DNA of 53,359 nucleotides from a virus: the IMG/VR virus record IMGVR_UViG_3300045988_063706, positions 1 through 53,359 of that record; one strand, given 5' to 3'. Below are positions 7,454 to 15,368 of this stretch, one piece after another. A model generated the notes under the pieces. That model saw only the letters and a list, made by a program, of their open reading frames with translations. It did not search any database and was not told the origin of the DNA. A program made the position numbers and the translations under genes. How positions within the stretch are numbered: position 1 is the stretch's first letter; each line of letters opens with the position of its first letter.

Positions 7454-8353
7454 ATGTTAGAATGGATTGCAAAGGGGAATGACTTCTCTGAGTATGAGAA
7501 CTCTACTCACATTCGCCTGGACCGTATCGATAAGAATGGGACTCACTATTACACGGACACTCAATGCCCTAAATGCGGAGGCACTGGAAACATTCCCTAT
7601 TTCGGTCATGTTGAGGGTGGTGTGTGCTTCCTGTGCGGCGGCTCTGGTGTGCATGAAAAGAAGTTCAGAGTCTTGACTGAGGAGTACTCCAAAAAGTTGG
7701 AGGAAAAGCGGTTCAAGGACGCTTGCAAGCAAGCCCTCAAAGACAACGAGGTTTTCCTCAAGAAAGAGGGTTTCACCCCTGATGGAAAGACCTATGTTGT
7801 GCTCGGAAATACATGGCCTATCAAGGCTCAACTCAAGAATGCCGGTGCTTTCTTCTGCCATCAGTTCGGGTGGCACTTCAATCACCCCGTTGATGAGTGG
7901 CCTACCTTTACTCTTGACTTGAACCAGCCTATCGCATTCTCTGATGACGGCCCTATCTACCCTCTGGACAAGACCGTTCACGGGGCTTATCGGTATCATT
8001 TCGAGTTGGAGCATATCGTTCAGGGTTATATCAAGGACATCCAGCAGAAGTTTGAGAATGCTCAGCCGACCGAGACCGAGTGGTATGGTAGCCTCGGCGA
8101 GCGGGTCACTCTTACTGAATGCGCTTGCACTCTTCTTACTCAGTGGGAAACCGTGTATGGAACCACTCGCCTCTATAAGTTTGTAAACCCCGAGGGGTTT
8201 ATCTTCACATGGAAGACCGGGGCCTACATTGAGTCCGAGTATGTAAACACTGGAAAGACCCTCACCCTGAAAGGAACCATCAAGGAGCATTCCAAATTCA
8301 AGGGCGAAAAGCAGACCGAATTGACCCGTTGCAAAATTTCTTACGAAAATTGA
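7454..8353 (+). CDS. Zinc-finger protein (DnaJ-type CxxCxGxG x2) with an OB-fold-like C-terminus
   Basis: RBS aaacggaggtttcacactATG. CPKCGGTGNIPYFGHVEGGVCFLCGGSG. The C-terminus GERVTLTE...LYKFVNPEGFIFTWKT...LTLKGTIKEHSKFKGEKQTELTRCKI looks OB-like. Confidence 0.7.
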   Translation: MLEWIAKGNDFSEYENSTHIRLDRIDKNGTHYYTDTQCPKCGGTGNIPYFGHVEGGVCFLCGGSGVHEKKFRVLTEEYSKKLEEKRFKDACKQALKDNEVFLKKEGFTPDGKTYVVLGNTWPIKAQLKNAGAFFCHQFGWHFNHPVDEWPTFTLDLNQPIAFSDDGPIYPLDKTVHGAYRYHFELEHIVQGYIKDIQQKFENAQPTETEWYGSLGERVTLTECACTLLTQWETVYGTTRLYKFVNPEGFIFTWKTGAYIESEYVNTGKTLTLKGTIKEHSKFKGEKQTELTRCKISYEN

Positions 8354-8363
8354 AAAGTTTCTC

Positions 8364-8392
8364 TTGCATTCTCCTCTGGAGTGTGGTAGTAT
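8364..8392 (+). promoter_or_regulatory. Sigma-A-type promoter (conserved family)
   Basis: cTCTTGCAT, 17 nt (ending GTGTGG), TAGTATaatatcagaaag. Confidence 0.7.
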
Positions 8393-8435
8393 AATATCAG
8401 AAAGAAACAACTACTTCACTTCGGAGGAGATTATT

Positions 8436-8786
8436 ATGACAAAGTATCAGGAAAAGGCTATCGAAACCCTTAAGAATGAGTTCTTCAAGTATTACTCTTA
8501 TGGACTTTCTGAAACCCATGAATTCAAGGAAATCCACGTTGAGGAGTGGGAAGAGACCGGAACCGTGTACGTTCGCCTTGAGGTAGGTCGAATCGGTGAC
8601 GAGGGAACTTTGGCTGAGTGCTTCTGCCGGGACACGACGGCGGTCTGCATTGGAAAACGAGGCGGGTATTTCAGTTATAGAGAGTTCAGTAACAAGAAAT
8701 GCACACTCAATCTTCTGGAGGCTATCACATGGGGATTCCATTGTAGACAACTCCGTGAAAAGAGATTAAAGAAAGAGGAGGCCTGA
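8436..8786 (+). CDS. Hypothetical protein (116 aa)
   Basis: RBS cggaggagattattATG, own promoter, ends in the bidirectional terminator. Confidence 0.6.
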   Translation: MTKYQEKAIETLKNEFFKYYSYGLSETHEFKEIHVEEWEETGTVYVRLEVGRIGDEGTLAECFCRDTTAVCIGKRGGYFSYREFSNKKCTLNLLEAITWGFHCRQLREKRLKKEEA

Positions 8787-8805
8787 AAAGGCCTCCTTAA
8801 ATTTT
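8775..8805. terminator. Bidirectional terminator at the convergence of the plus and minus transcription units
   Basis: Stem aggaggcc/ggcctcct, loop tgaaaa. T-runs on both strands. Overlaps both stop codons. Confidence 0.7.
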
Positions 8806-9075
8806 GTCGCAGTCTTTAGCAAGAACCCATTTCTCAAGGAACGGCTCAGTCGTTACTCGTTTGACCCATATAGAATCAGCGGTGGTGAATCTGACTTTCA
8901 ATGCAGGTTTTCCACTCTTTTTATTTCTGCCGGTTGCTATCACTTTTGCAAGGTCATACCCATACCGAACTCGGGCGATTTTCTTCTCCGGGTTTGTTAC
9001 GCATACCGGAGCGGCAACAGTGTCTCCGACTTTGAACTTAGTCTCCAAAAGTGTTCCCCTCCTTTTCCATGACAT
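8797..9075 (-). CDS. Hypothetical protein (92 aa)
   Basis: Last ORF of the minus-strand arm. Overlaps the end of the SNF2 gene. Confidence 0.5.
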   Translation of the reverse strand: MSWKRRGTLLETKFKVGDTVAAPVCVTNPEKKIARVRYGYDLAKVIATGRNKKSGKPALKVRFTTADSIWVKRVTTEPFLEKWVLAKDCDKI

Positions 9076-10531
9076 ATTCTACAATGTCCTTTTTGAGTCG
9101 GACTGCTTCGATTATGGTGGAGTCTATGGTTTTAGAGCCGTCATGCAGGTCTGCGACAAGGTGGATATAGAATACCGGCCGAGTTTGTCCAGGTCTGTGA
9201 ATTCGCTTCTTGCTTTGCTCATACAGGGCCAGCCGGTCGGTCATGGTATAATACACCAGATACCGGGCCTTTGTAAAGTCAGCGGATTCAGAGCCTTTGT
9301 AGAACTGAACCCCGAGAACGGTGGTCTTACCGGCTTGCCAGTCAGCCTCCGTGTCTTCCTTTCCCGATAGCTCACTGTATTTCCGTCCTGAGGCTTGACA
9401 GGCCGTCCTTACTTGCCGTAGGTCATACGCATATTGGGCAAACACTACAACAGGCTCTGAGGGGTCCAGAGAATCCAGTATATCGGTTAGAACTTCCTGT
9501 CGGCTTGTGTCCAACCGGAATATCTTCTTTTCCTCTATGTCGTTCACTGTACTAACGAACCCGCTTGCGATTTGCCGCTTTCGTATCTGCATAGTCAGGG
9601 CGTTCTCTGCCTCGCAATACCATTCACCATTTCTTAAGACCCCGTCCTCGCACATTTTTCTATAGACCCGTGAGGCTTTTTCAGAGAGCCGGAAATGCCG
9701 AATGCGGTTGTTTTGCTTTGGCAGTTTTACACTGGATGGAATTTTGAATGCTATGGAGTAAACCCGCTCTCGCAGTTCATCGAGGTTTTTATATGGTTGA
9801 TGCTTGTCAAGAACGGTATAGCCAACAGCCATAGACCGCCGGAGGTCGACGTTCTGATACCGCTCTTTGAACAGGGTGAAATTCGTGCCAAATATCGACG
9901 GGTCAAGAAACCTGTATTGAGCATATACGTCCATCGGGCTTTCTGCGAGTGGTGTACCTGTAACAAGGTATCGGTCTGAGACCTTTCTACCGAGACGAGC
10001 GAGTGCTCTACTACATTTACTCGCCGGGGACTTTATGCGGTGACTCTCGTCGCAAATGACGCAATCAATAGGGACGGTCTTCCGCAACAGGTATTGAATA
10101 AACTTGTCACGCCAGACGCCCTCGTAGTTTACAAGTAGGACTAAAGTCTCGCTCGATGGACACTGAGGACGACGTGACAGCCTTTGTTGGACGTCCTGTA
10201 CCTTTTTGGGGGTAGGCTTGCCGGACAGGTTGAGGACGTTCTGAGGACGAAGTAGGGAATGGAGCCTAAACTGCTTCTCCCACACTTCACAACCCTTATT
10301 CGTGCAAACAATCAAGACCAGTTTGTAGCCTTTGTTGACAATCATATCAATCATGACTTTGCTCTTGCCGGTTCCCATATCTGTATAGAGAGCGGCTTGC
10401 TTGCGCTCCATCATGAATTTCAATGCGAGTAACTGATGCTTCCAGGGTTTGGTCTTGAACTTCAATCCGTCTATTTCAATGAGGGGATTCTTACCCATGA
10501 TACGCACCCATTGTCTTCGGGGAATACCCAT
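9038..10531 (-). CDS. SNF2-family (SF2) helicase
   Basis: Walker A DMGTGKSKV, DEAH-like CDESHRIK, LVTGTPL, and C-terminal helicase motifs QSKKRIHRPGQTRPV. The start could instead be 10498. Confidence 0.85.
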   Translation of the reverse strand: MGIPRRQWVRIMGKNPLIEIDGLKFKTKPWKHQLLALKFMMERKQAALYTDMGTGKSKVMIDMIVNKGYKLVLIVCTNKGCEVWEKQFRLHSLLRPQNVLNLSGKPTPKKVQDVQQRLSRRPQCPSSETLVLLVNYEGVWRDKFIQYLLRKTVPIDCVICDESHRIKSPASKCSRALARLGRKVSDRYLVTGTPLAESPMDVYAQYRFLDPSIFGTNFTLFKERYQNVDLRRSMAVGYTVLDKHQPYKNLDELRERVYSIAFKIPSSVKLPKQNNRIRHFRLSEKASRVYRKMCEDGVLRNGEWYCEAENALTMQIRKRQIASGFVSTVNDIEEKKIFRLDTSRQEVLTDILDSLDPSEPVVVFAQYAYDLRQVRTACQASGRKYSELSGKEDTEADWQAGKTTVLGVQFYKGSESADFTKARYLVYYTMTDRLALYEQSKKRIHRPGQTRPVFYIHLVADLHDGSKTIDSTIIEAVRLKKDIVEYVMEKEGNTFGD

Positions 10532-10833
10532 TCCCCGGTCTGGTTTGTGTCAATGTACTTTACAAGGGTCATGACGCTCAATTTGCTATATGCAACCATA
10601 ACGACGGCCCCTGCGCTTCTCCATTTTTCGAGGTTGTGGTTTTGCTTTGCGCTTGCCTTGTTTTTATGGTCAGGGGTTTTGACTTCAATTCTGAGGGTTC
10701 GCCCCCGGTAACAAGCATTGATATCGGCTCGACCGGAGGCGGAACTTGACCCTTTTAACTTTTCAGCCCTGCAATGAGGGAGAGAGTTTAGATACCTCAG
10801 GATTGACCCCGTGATACTGCCCTCAAGAGCCAT
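10471..10833 (-). CDS. VRR-NUC domain nuclease
   Basis: GRADINACYRGRTLRIEVKTP matches the VRR-NUC G.PD....G....IEVK core. I trimmed the track ORF to the ATG at 10833 (MALEGS...). Confidence 0.7.
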   Translation of the reverse strand: MALEGSITGSILRYLNSLPHCRAEKLKGSSSASGRADINACYRGRTLRIEVKTPDHKNKASAKQNHNLEKWRSAGAVVMVAYSKLSVMTLVKYIDTNQTGEWVFPEDNGCVSWVRIPSLK

Positions 10834-11239
10834 TGTGGACCCCCTTGCCGAGAGTAAAGCGCAACCCCAAACGCTCAGCCCAAAAACTGGGAGACATAGT
10901 GTGCGGAATGGCCTTGTCATCAATGTAGAGGTCAGCATATACTTTCCTCGTATCACTGTTGAACATTTGCTGGACTTCTGCGAGGTTCTCGTTCACGGCG
11001 TCAAACTCAAGGCCCCGCACCCTGCAAAAGTCAACGGCGTCCCACAGTGGCTGACCATCTCTGGATGACCACAGAATGAGCCGAATGCCCTGCGCCTTGA
11101 GTTGATTGCAGAGGTCGAACATTTCATAGTTCGGGTCGCCTATCTCGGGGAACTTATCTTGCACAAGGGTTCCGTCAAAATCAACGGCAACGATTTTCGG
11201 CAAGGTGTTCATCTCGGTTTTAGAAACTTTGTTTTGCAT
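10823..11239 (-). CDS. HAD-superfamily phosphatase (nucleotidase-like)
   Basis: Motif I VAVDFDGTL and the downstream YIDDK. Small cap-less HAD typical of phage 5-prime nucleotidases. Confidence 0.65.
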   Translation of the reverse strand: MQNKVSKTEMNTLPKIVAVDFDGTLVQDKFPEIGDPNYEMFDLCNQLKAQGIRLILWSSRDGQPLWDAVDFCRVRGLEFDAVNENLAEVQQMFNSDTRKVYADLYIDDKAIPHTMSPSFWAERLGLRFTLGKGVHNGS

Positions 11240-11614
11240 TTATTCCTCTCCTATTCTTGCGGCTATTTCAACTCTCATGTGATGCGATACCCACATTCTC
11301 ATCCAGCCGCTGATTTTAGGGTTTTCCTCTTCGTTTAGAGCATACAGTTCCGCATACTCCTCAGAGTACTTTTTATTTACCAAATATCTCAGGGTCTGGA
11401 TATCTTCAAAGGTGGACATACTGAGTTTAACAGAAAAGTCGCCTCTTGCCCAGATGGAGAGGAATGCCCCGAACTCAGACTTCTCACAGCCGGTAACTCG
11501 AAAAAATGTATCATACAGGTCTGTGAATACCCTGCAAAAATGCACCCATTTCAAGTCCCCGTCTCGTACCACCTTGACGAGAATTTTGCTTAGTTGAGGC
11601 ATTCCTCTCACCAC
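11240..11614 (-). CDS. Hypothetical protein (124 aa)
   Basis: Tightly packed between the ThyA-like and HAD genes. Confidence 0.55.
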   Translation of the reverse strand: MVRGMPQLSKILVKVVRDGDLKWVHFCRVFTDLYDTFFRVTGCEKSEFGAFLSIWARGDFSVKLSMSTFEDIQTLRYLVNKKYSEEYAELYALNEEENPKISGWMRMWVSHHMRVEIAARIGEE

Positions 11615-11615
11615 C

Positions 11616-12416
11616 TTATCTTACAAGGTTAGGAACCTGCTGAGGGATAGGACAGGCCCCGCCGTCACAGTGAGCAGAATGCTTTTCCCTCCACTCATCC
11701 AGACTGCGCTCATACAGGTGCAGGCTCCCGGCGAAATGGGTATAGGTTCCGATATCAACCCCGAGCCGAAATGCAAGCAAAATCTGGAAACAAGTGAATG
11801 AGAAAACATCATACGGGAACCCGGTCCACAGGTCATTGGAGCGCATATAGGTCGTCGCATGGAGTTTTCCGTCCCGGATTAAATACTGGAGCGCAACGGT
11901 GCAAGGGACGTCTTTTGTGGGGAATGTGTTGTAGTCCTCGGCATCCTTGATATGGATAACTGCCTGACGGCTGAGCGGGTTCTTGGTCAGGGCCTCAACC
12001 ACATACTCGAATTGGTCAAACCCGAACCGCTCAAAGATGCGCTGACCGTATGCAGAATTGACAGTCACGCCATCGTCAGACATACGCTCCCAAACCTTGG
12101 AGAATACGCTGATATCCTTGAGCCGGTTAGAGCCGGACAGATACCACAGCAGTTCCCCCACGGCGTACCGCATGGGCATTCTCCGGTCGTCGCTCGTAAC
12201 GATATTTCGGGTCGGGTCATTGATTACCGTGATAGCGTTCAGGCACTCAGCAACGACAGCCCCGTCACGAGAGGGGTCATTCTTACCGGCCTCAGCCTGT
12301 TTGTGGAACATATCGAACCACTCCTGCCACGCCTCATTGACCGTCCTGGTCTCAACCAGAATACCAGTCGGGGTCAGGGTCCCGCCATTCATGGGGATAT
12401 TGCATACGTCACTCAT
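11616..12416 (-). CDS. Thymidylate-synthase-fold pyrimidine C5 transferase. It has Asp at the base-discriminating position, so it is a candidate dCMP hydroxymethylase or methylase.
   Basis: Strong RBS GAAAAGGAGGAAAACGGATATG at 12416. VPCTVALQY (catalytic Cys), YMRSNDLWTGFPYD, SLHLY. The Asp lies 31 residues after the Cys, where E. coli ThyA has Asn177 and T4 gp42 has Asp179. Confidence 0.75.
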   Translation of the reverse strand: MSDVCNIPMNGGTLTPTGILVETRTVNEAWQEWFDMFHKQAEAGKNDPSRDGAVVAECLNAITVINDPTRNIVTSDDRRMPMRYAVGELLWYLSGSNRLKDISVFSKVWERMSDDGVTVNSAYGQRIFERFGFDQFEYVVEALTKNPLSRQAVIHIKDAEDYNTFPTKDVPCTVALQYLIRDGKLHATTYMRSNDLWTGFPYDVFSFTCFQILLAFRLGVDIGTYTHFAGSLHLYERSLDEWREKHSAHCDGGACPIPQQVPNLVR

Positions 12417-12879
12417 ATCCGTTTTCCTCCTTTTCAAGTTTGGTTCCTGCAAAGTTGGCGTCATACCGGATGACCGGCAAAATACTCTCCGCCATTAGTC
12501 CCTCGAAGCGACTGAGCAGTTCCGGGACGGGGATGAGGGTAACTTCACCCCTTGCCGCTAAACGCTCCATGATGAGTCCCTCAGGAGCCGTGACGAGGAT
12601 TACCTTGCCCTCGGCGTCAAGTATGCGAGCCTCAAGCCGGTGCAACTCCTCTTTTGTGATATGCCGCTCCTCTTTCTTTTGGTACACGAACTGACCGTAG
12701 CAGAACCGGTCAGCAATAATGTTCCGGGTCATAGCCGCCGAAATGATACTGTCGAAAAAGTCATAATCGTTCGGGGTTTTGGCGGTGCAATGAACGATAT
12801 CAGCGTTCAGCAGTTTGGAAAGGAACTTTGCAAGTGTAGTCTTGCCAGTTCCGTCACAGCCCTCGAGAACAACCAGCAT
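12409..12879 (-). CDS. Thymidylate-kinase-like dNMP kinase
   Basis: VLEGCDGTGKTT P-loop and the DRFCYGQFVYQ motif (Tmk DR..S..AYQ). 156 aa. Confidence 0.7.
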   Translation of the reverse strand: MLVVLEGCDGTGKTTLAKFLSKLLNADIVHCTAKTPNDYDFFDSIISAAMTRNIIADRFCYGQFVYQKKEERHITKEELHRLEARILDAEGKVILVTAPEGLIMERLAARGEVTLIPVPELLSRFEGLMAESILPVIRYDANFAGTKLEKEENGYE

Positions 12880-13305
12880 TCAATTCACCCCCGTTGAACC
12901 CCATCCGCCTCTGGACTTATCAGGGAGGGTTTCTACCTCTGTGAATTCGACCTCAGGCTGGAGAGGGTAAATCATAAATTGACAGATGCGCTCATTCTTT
13001 TCGATGGTGACGTCCCGTGTAGCATAGGCAAAGAAACCCCATACGTCGTCATTCCCACAGAAAGAATTCTCAAAAACCCCGATGGAGTTTGCTTGCAAAA
13101 GACCTGTCCGCTTGAATGTGCTGGAGCGGGGCGCAAGTATGGCTCCATACCCCTCAGGGAGTTTCATGGACACGCCGAGCGAAATAAGGGCCGATTCTCC
13201 TGCTTTCAGGGTAACACGCTCAGCGGCCCGGAGGTCAATCCAGTCACCGACAGGGGTTTTCTTCGGCAACTCAACATCGGTGTGCCGCTTGATTAAAATG
13301 TTCAT
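12880..13305 (-). CDS. dut: dUTP diphosphatase (trimeric dUTPase)
   Basis: GYGAILAPRSS, GVFENSFCGNDDVWGF and a C-terminal RGGWGSTG. Confidence 0.9.
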   Translation of the reverse strand: MNILIKRHTDVELPKKTPVGDWIDLRAAERVTLKAGESALISLGVSMKLPEGYGAILAPRSSTFKRTGLLQANSIGVFENSFCGNDDVWGFFAYATRDVTIEKNERICQFMIYPLQPEVEFTEVETLPDKSRGGWGSTGVN

Positions 13306-14348
13306 GACTTCCTCCGTTTCTTCTTGCCCTTTTTGGGTAGGTTCAGGTTATCGGCACAGGTGATGCCGGTTTCCTTTTCCCAGTCTCTCGCCCGGAGTAC
13401 AGTGAGCGGCTCGTGCTTCTCCAGAACGATATCGTAGTCCTCCTCAGTGGGTTCCTCCATTTCCTGCTTGCCTAAATGGTCAGGCAACAGGCCCTCCCTC
13501 ATGGGGATATGGTCACACACGTTACAGGGGAAGAAAGTCCGATGGTCATGGAACAGAATGCGCCGAGCGGCCTCATACCGAGGATGCCGCCACATATCGT
13601 CAAAACACTTTACCTCCGGGTCCATGCAGTTGACAACAGGGTATTGACCCCGGAAGTCCTGACAGCACATAGCAACCCATCCATCCCAGCGGAAAGACAT
13701 CTCCCGGAAAATGCGGGAGCATACCCGGTCAGAGTAGTCAGTCCGGGGAGGCATACCAGCCCCACAGTGATTCGTCAGTTTGCGGGAAACACAAATCTCC
13801 TCTTCCTCAATAGCGGGGATGATGAGGAGCCGATGCTTCTTGTACTGCTTCGGAGCATACAGGGGGACACCCTTTTGCATACGGACGAATTCAACATGGG
13901 TTCCAGTCTCTTCCTCGTACTTGTCCAACAGTTCTTGGATTTCATCATCGTCAAACTTGCTGTCCTTGTACTCGTCCAGAGTTACGTCGTTCAACCCGGC
14001 GTCAAACATTTTGCAAATAGCGTTGAGGTCTTTGCGAACCCCATAGCCATTCGTCAAAATCTGGACCCAGTGAGTGGGGAGAACCTTGCGAATGAGTTTA
14101 ATGCACGAATAGAAGTTCGGATGCAGGGCGTTCTCCCCATGCCCCGCAATCAGGATGCGAGGGTTATACCCACTCTCCGCAATCAGTTCGCACTCACGGC
14201 GGAGGACATCCTTGCTGATGAAATGCAGTTTGCGCTCAAACCCGTTAGAACCGCAAAAGAAACAAGAGCGGTTGCAACCCTGAACGAGTTCGATTTGAAC
14301 CGTGTTCGGCTTGTAAAAAGCCGAGTTTCTGTACTTCTTTTTCTTCAT
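13302..14348 (-). CDS. Radical SAM enzyme with a SPASM/twitch-like C-terminal Cys cluster
   Basis: QGCNRSCFFCG (CX3CX2C, nt 14251..14280). C-terminus VCSRIFREMSFRWDGWVAMCCQDF...FFPCNVCDH. Lys-rich tail. Confidence 0.85.
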   Translation of the reverse strand: MKKKKYRNSAFYKPNTVQIELVQGCNRSCFFCGSNGFERKLHFISKDVLRRECELIAESGYNPRILIAGHGENALHPNFYSCIKLIRKVLPTHWVQILTNGYGVRKDLNAICKMFDAGLNDVTLDEYKDSKFDDDEIQELLDKYEEETGTHVEFVRMQKGVPLYAPKQYKKHRLLIIPAIEEEEICVSRKLTNHCGAGMPPRTDYSDRVCSRIFREMSFRWDGWVAMCCQDFRGQYPVVNCMDPEVKCFDDMWRHPRYEAARRILFHDHRTFFPCNVCDHIPMREGLLPDHLGKQEMEEPTEEDYDIVLEKHEPLTVLRARDWEKETGITCADNLNLPKKGKKKRRKS

Positions 14349-14351
14349 CTC

Positions 14352-15311
14352 TTACCACCTTACGATGACCGGCTTGGACTCATGGAGTTTATGGTACTGT
14401 TGCCAGTTGATGTCCCCGAACTTATACTGACCATCAGGGAACTTGAATGTTTCCCTTAGATAATGCCGTATCTCCATCTCCATGAGGCCATCATATTCCA
14501 GTTTGTGGAGATGCCGGTTCTTGTCCGGGTTATGCGGGTCACGAACGACCGAGGCAACTTGGTCGTCAATGTAGTCGTAGCACAGGCACGGAATATTAAA
14601 GCAGTCATAACCATTCTGGAGAACCTCTGCGGCGAACCCGATGTCATCTCCATGGAGGTTGAATGCGTCGGGCATTCTTATCCCCGCTTTCTTGATACCT
14701 TTCATATTCAGTATCTTGGTCTGACGAGGAGTAGGGCCTTTGTCTATCTGATACTTGATATCAGCGAGGTCCGCATGGTTTGAAAACCGCTGTTTCCGTA
14801 TGTTACCGAGCAGGACGCTTGGATGCTCTCTAAAGACCTCTCGTGCTATGCGCCCCGTCAACTGCAAAACTTTTTGAGGAATTAAGGGGTCATCTTCCCA
14901 GTCCTTGACCCCGGTGTGCATACTACATTTTTCTCCTGAACCGTTTCGCCCGGTATAGAGGAACTGGAGATACTTGATGTCATCATCCATATCCATAATG
15001 CAGGGCAAATGGTTTTCAATGGCATAGTCCATTATGAACTGACGTGTACTGCCTACTCCGGAGACTGCGCCCTTGGGAATGGGAACCATGTTCATCCCAC
15101 GTTTGAGGAGTTTGCGGTTTGCCTTTTTATAGGCCGCATACTGTTCCTCCCGCACAACGATGAAGACACGCTCAAGGGCCTCGTCAGTGAACAGAGGCAG
15201 GATTTTCTCGCCAGTAACAAACTCAGGCCGATTATAGGAGGGTATGAATACGAATGGCAGGTCTTTCTCAGTGGTCTCGTTGAGAATGCGCTCCATCTTA
15301 CTGCGCTTCAT
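14352..15311 (-). CDS. GT-A-fold glycosyltransferase-like protein (DXD type), candidate DNA or nucleotide glycosyltransferase
   Basis: RBS AAAAGGAGGCTGACCCATG. FVFIPSYNRP first strand, then CIMDMDDDI about 85 residues later. The family assignment is tentative. Confidence 0.5.
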   Translation of the reverse strand: MKRSKMERILNETTEKDLPFVFIPSYNRPEFVTGEKILPLFTDEALERVFIVVREEQYAAYKKANRKLLKRGMNMVPIPKGAVSGVGSTRQFIMDYAIENHLPCIMDMDDDIKYLQFLYTGRNGSGEKCSMHTGVKDWEDDPLIPQKVLQLTGRIAREVFREHPSVLLGNIRKQRFSNHADLADIKYQIDKGPTPRQTKILNMKGIKKAGIRMPDAFNLHGDDIGFAAEVLQNGYDCFNIPCLCYDYIDDQVASVVRDPHNPDKNRHLHKLEYDGLMEMEIRHYLRETFKFPDGQYKFGDINWQQYHKLHESKPVIVRW

Positions 15312-15368
15312 GGGTCAGCCTCCTTTTCAGAGAGGGAGGGGCTTTTATACCCCTCCCCCGTGGTGGGA

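Noticed and set aside
7457-8410. 317-aa minus-strand ORF opposite the zinc-finger gene
   Set aside because: The plus-strand gene has a promoter, an RBS and a clear CxxCxGxG x2 motif. The minus ORF would run through two plus-strand promoters and has no start context.
13476-14459. 327-aa plus-strand ORF (also 37307..38080 and 47412..48338 on the minus strand, and 27488..28216 on the plus strand)
   Set aside because: Each is antisense to a gene with a confident family assignment: radical SAM, terL, major tail and DUF2786 respectively. All are shadow ORFs.
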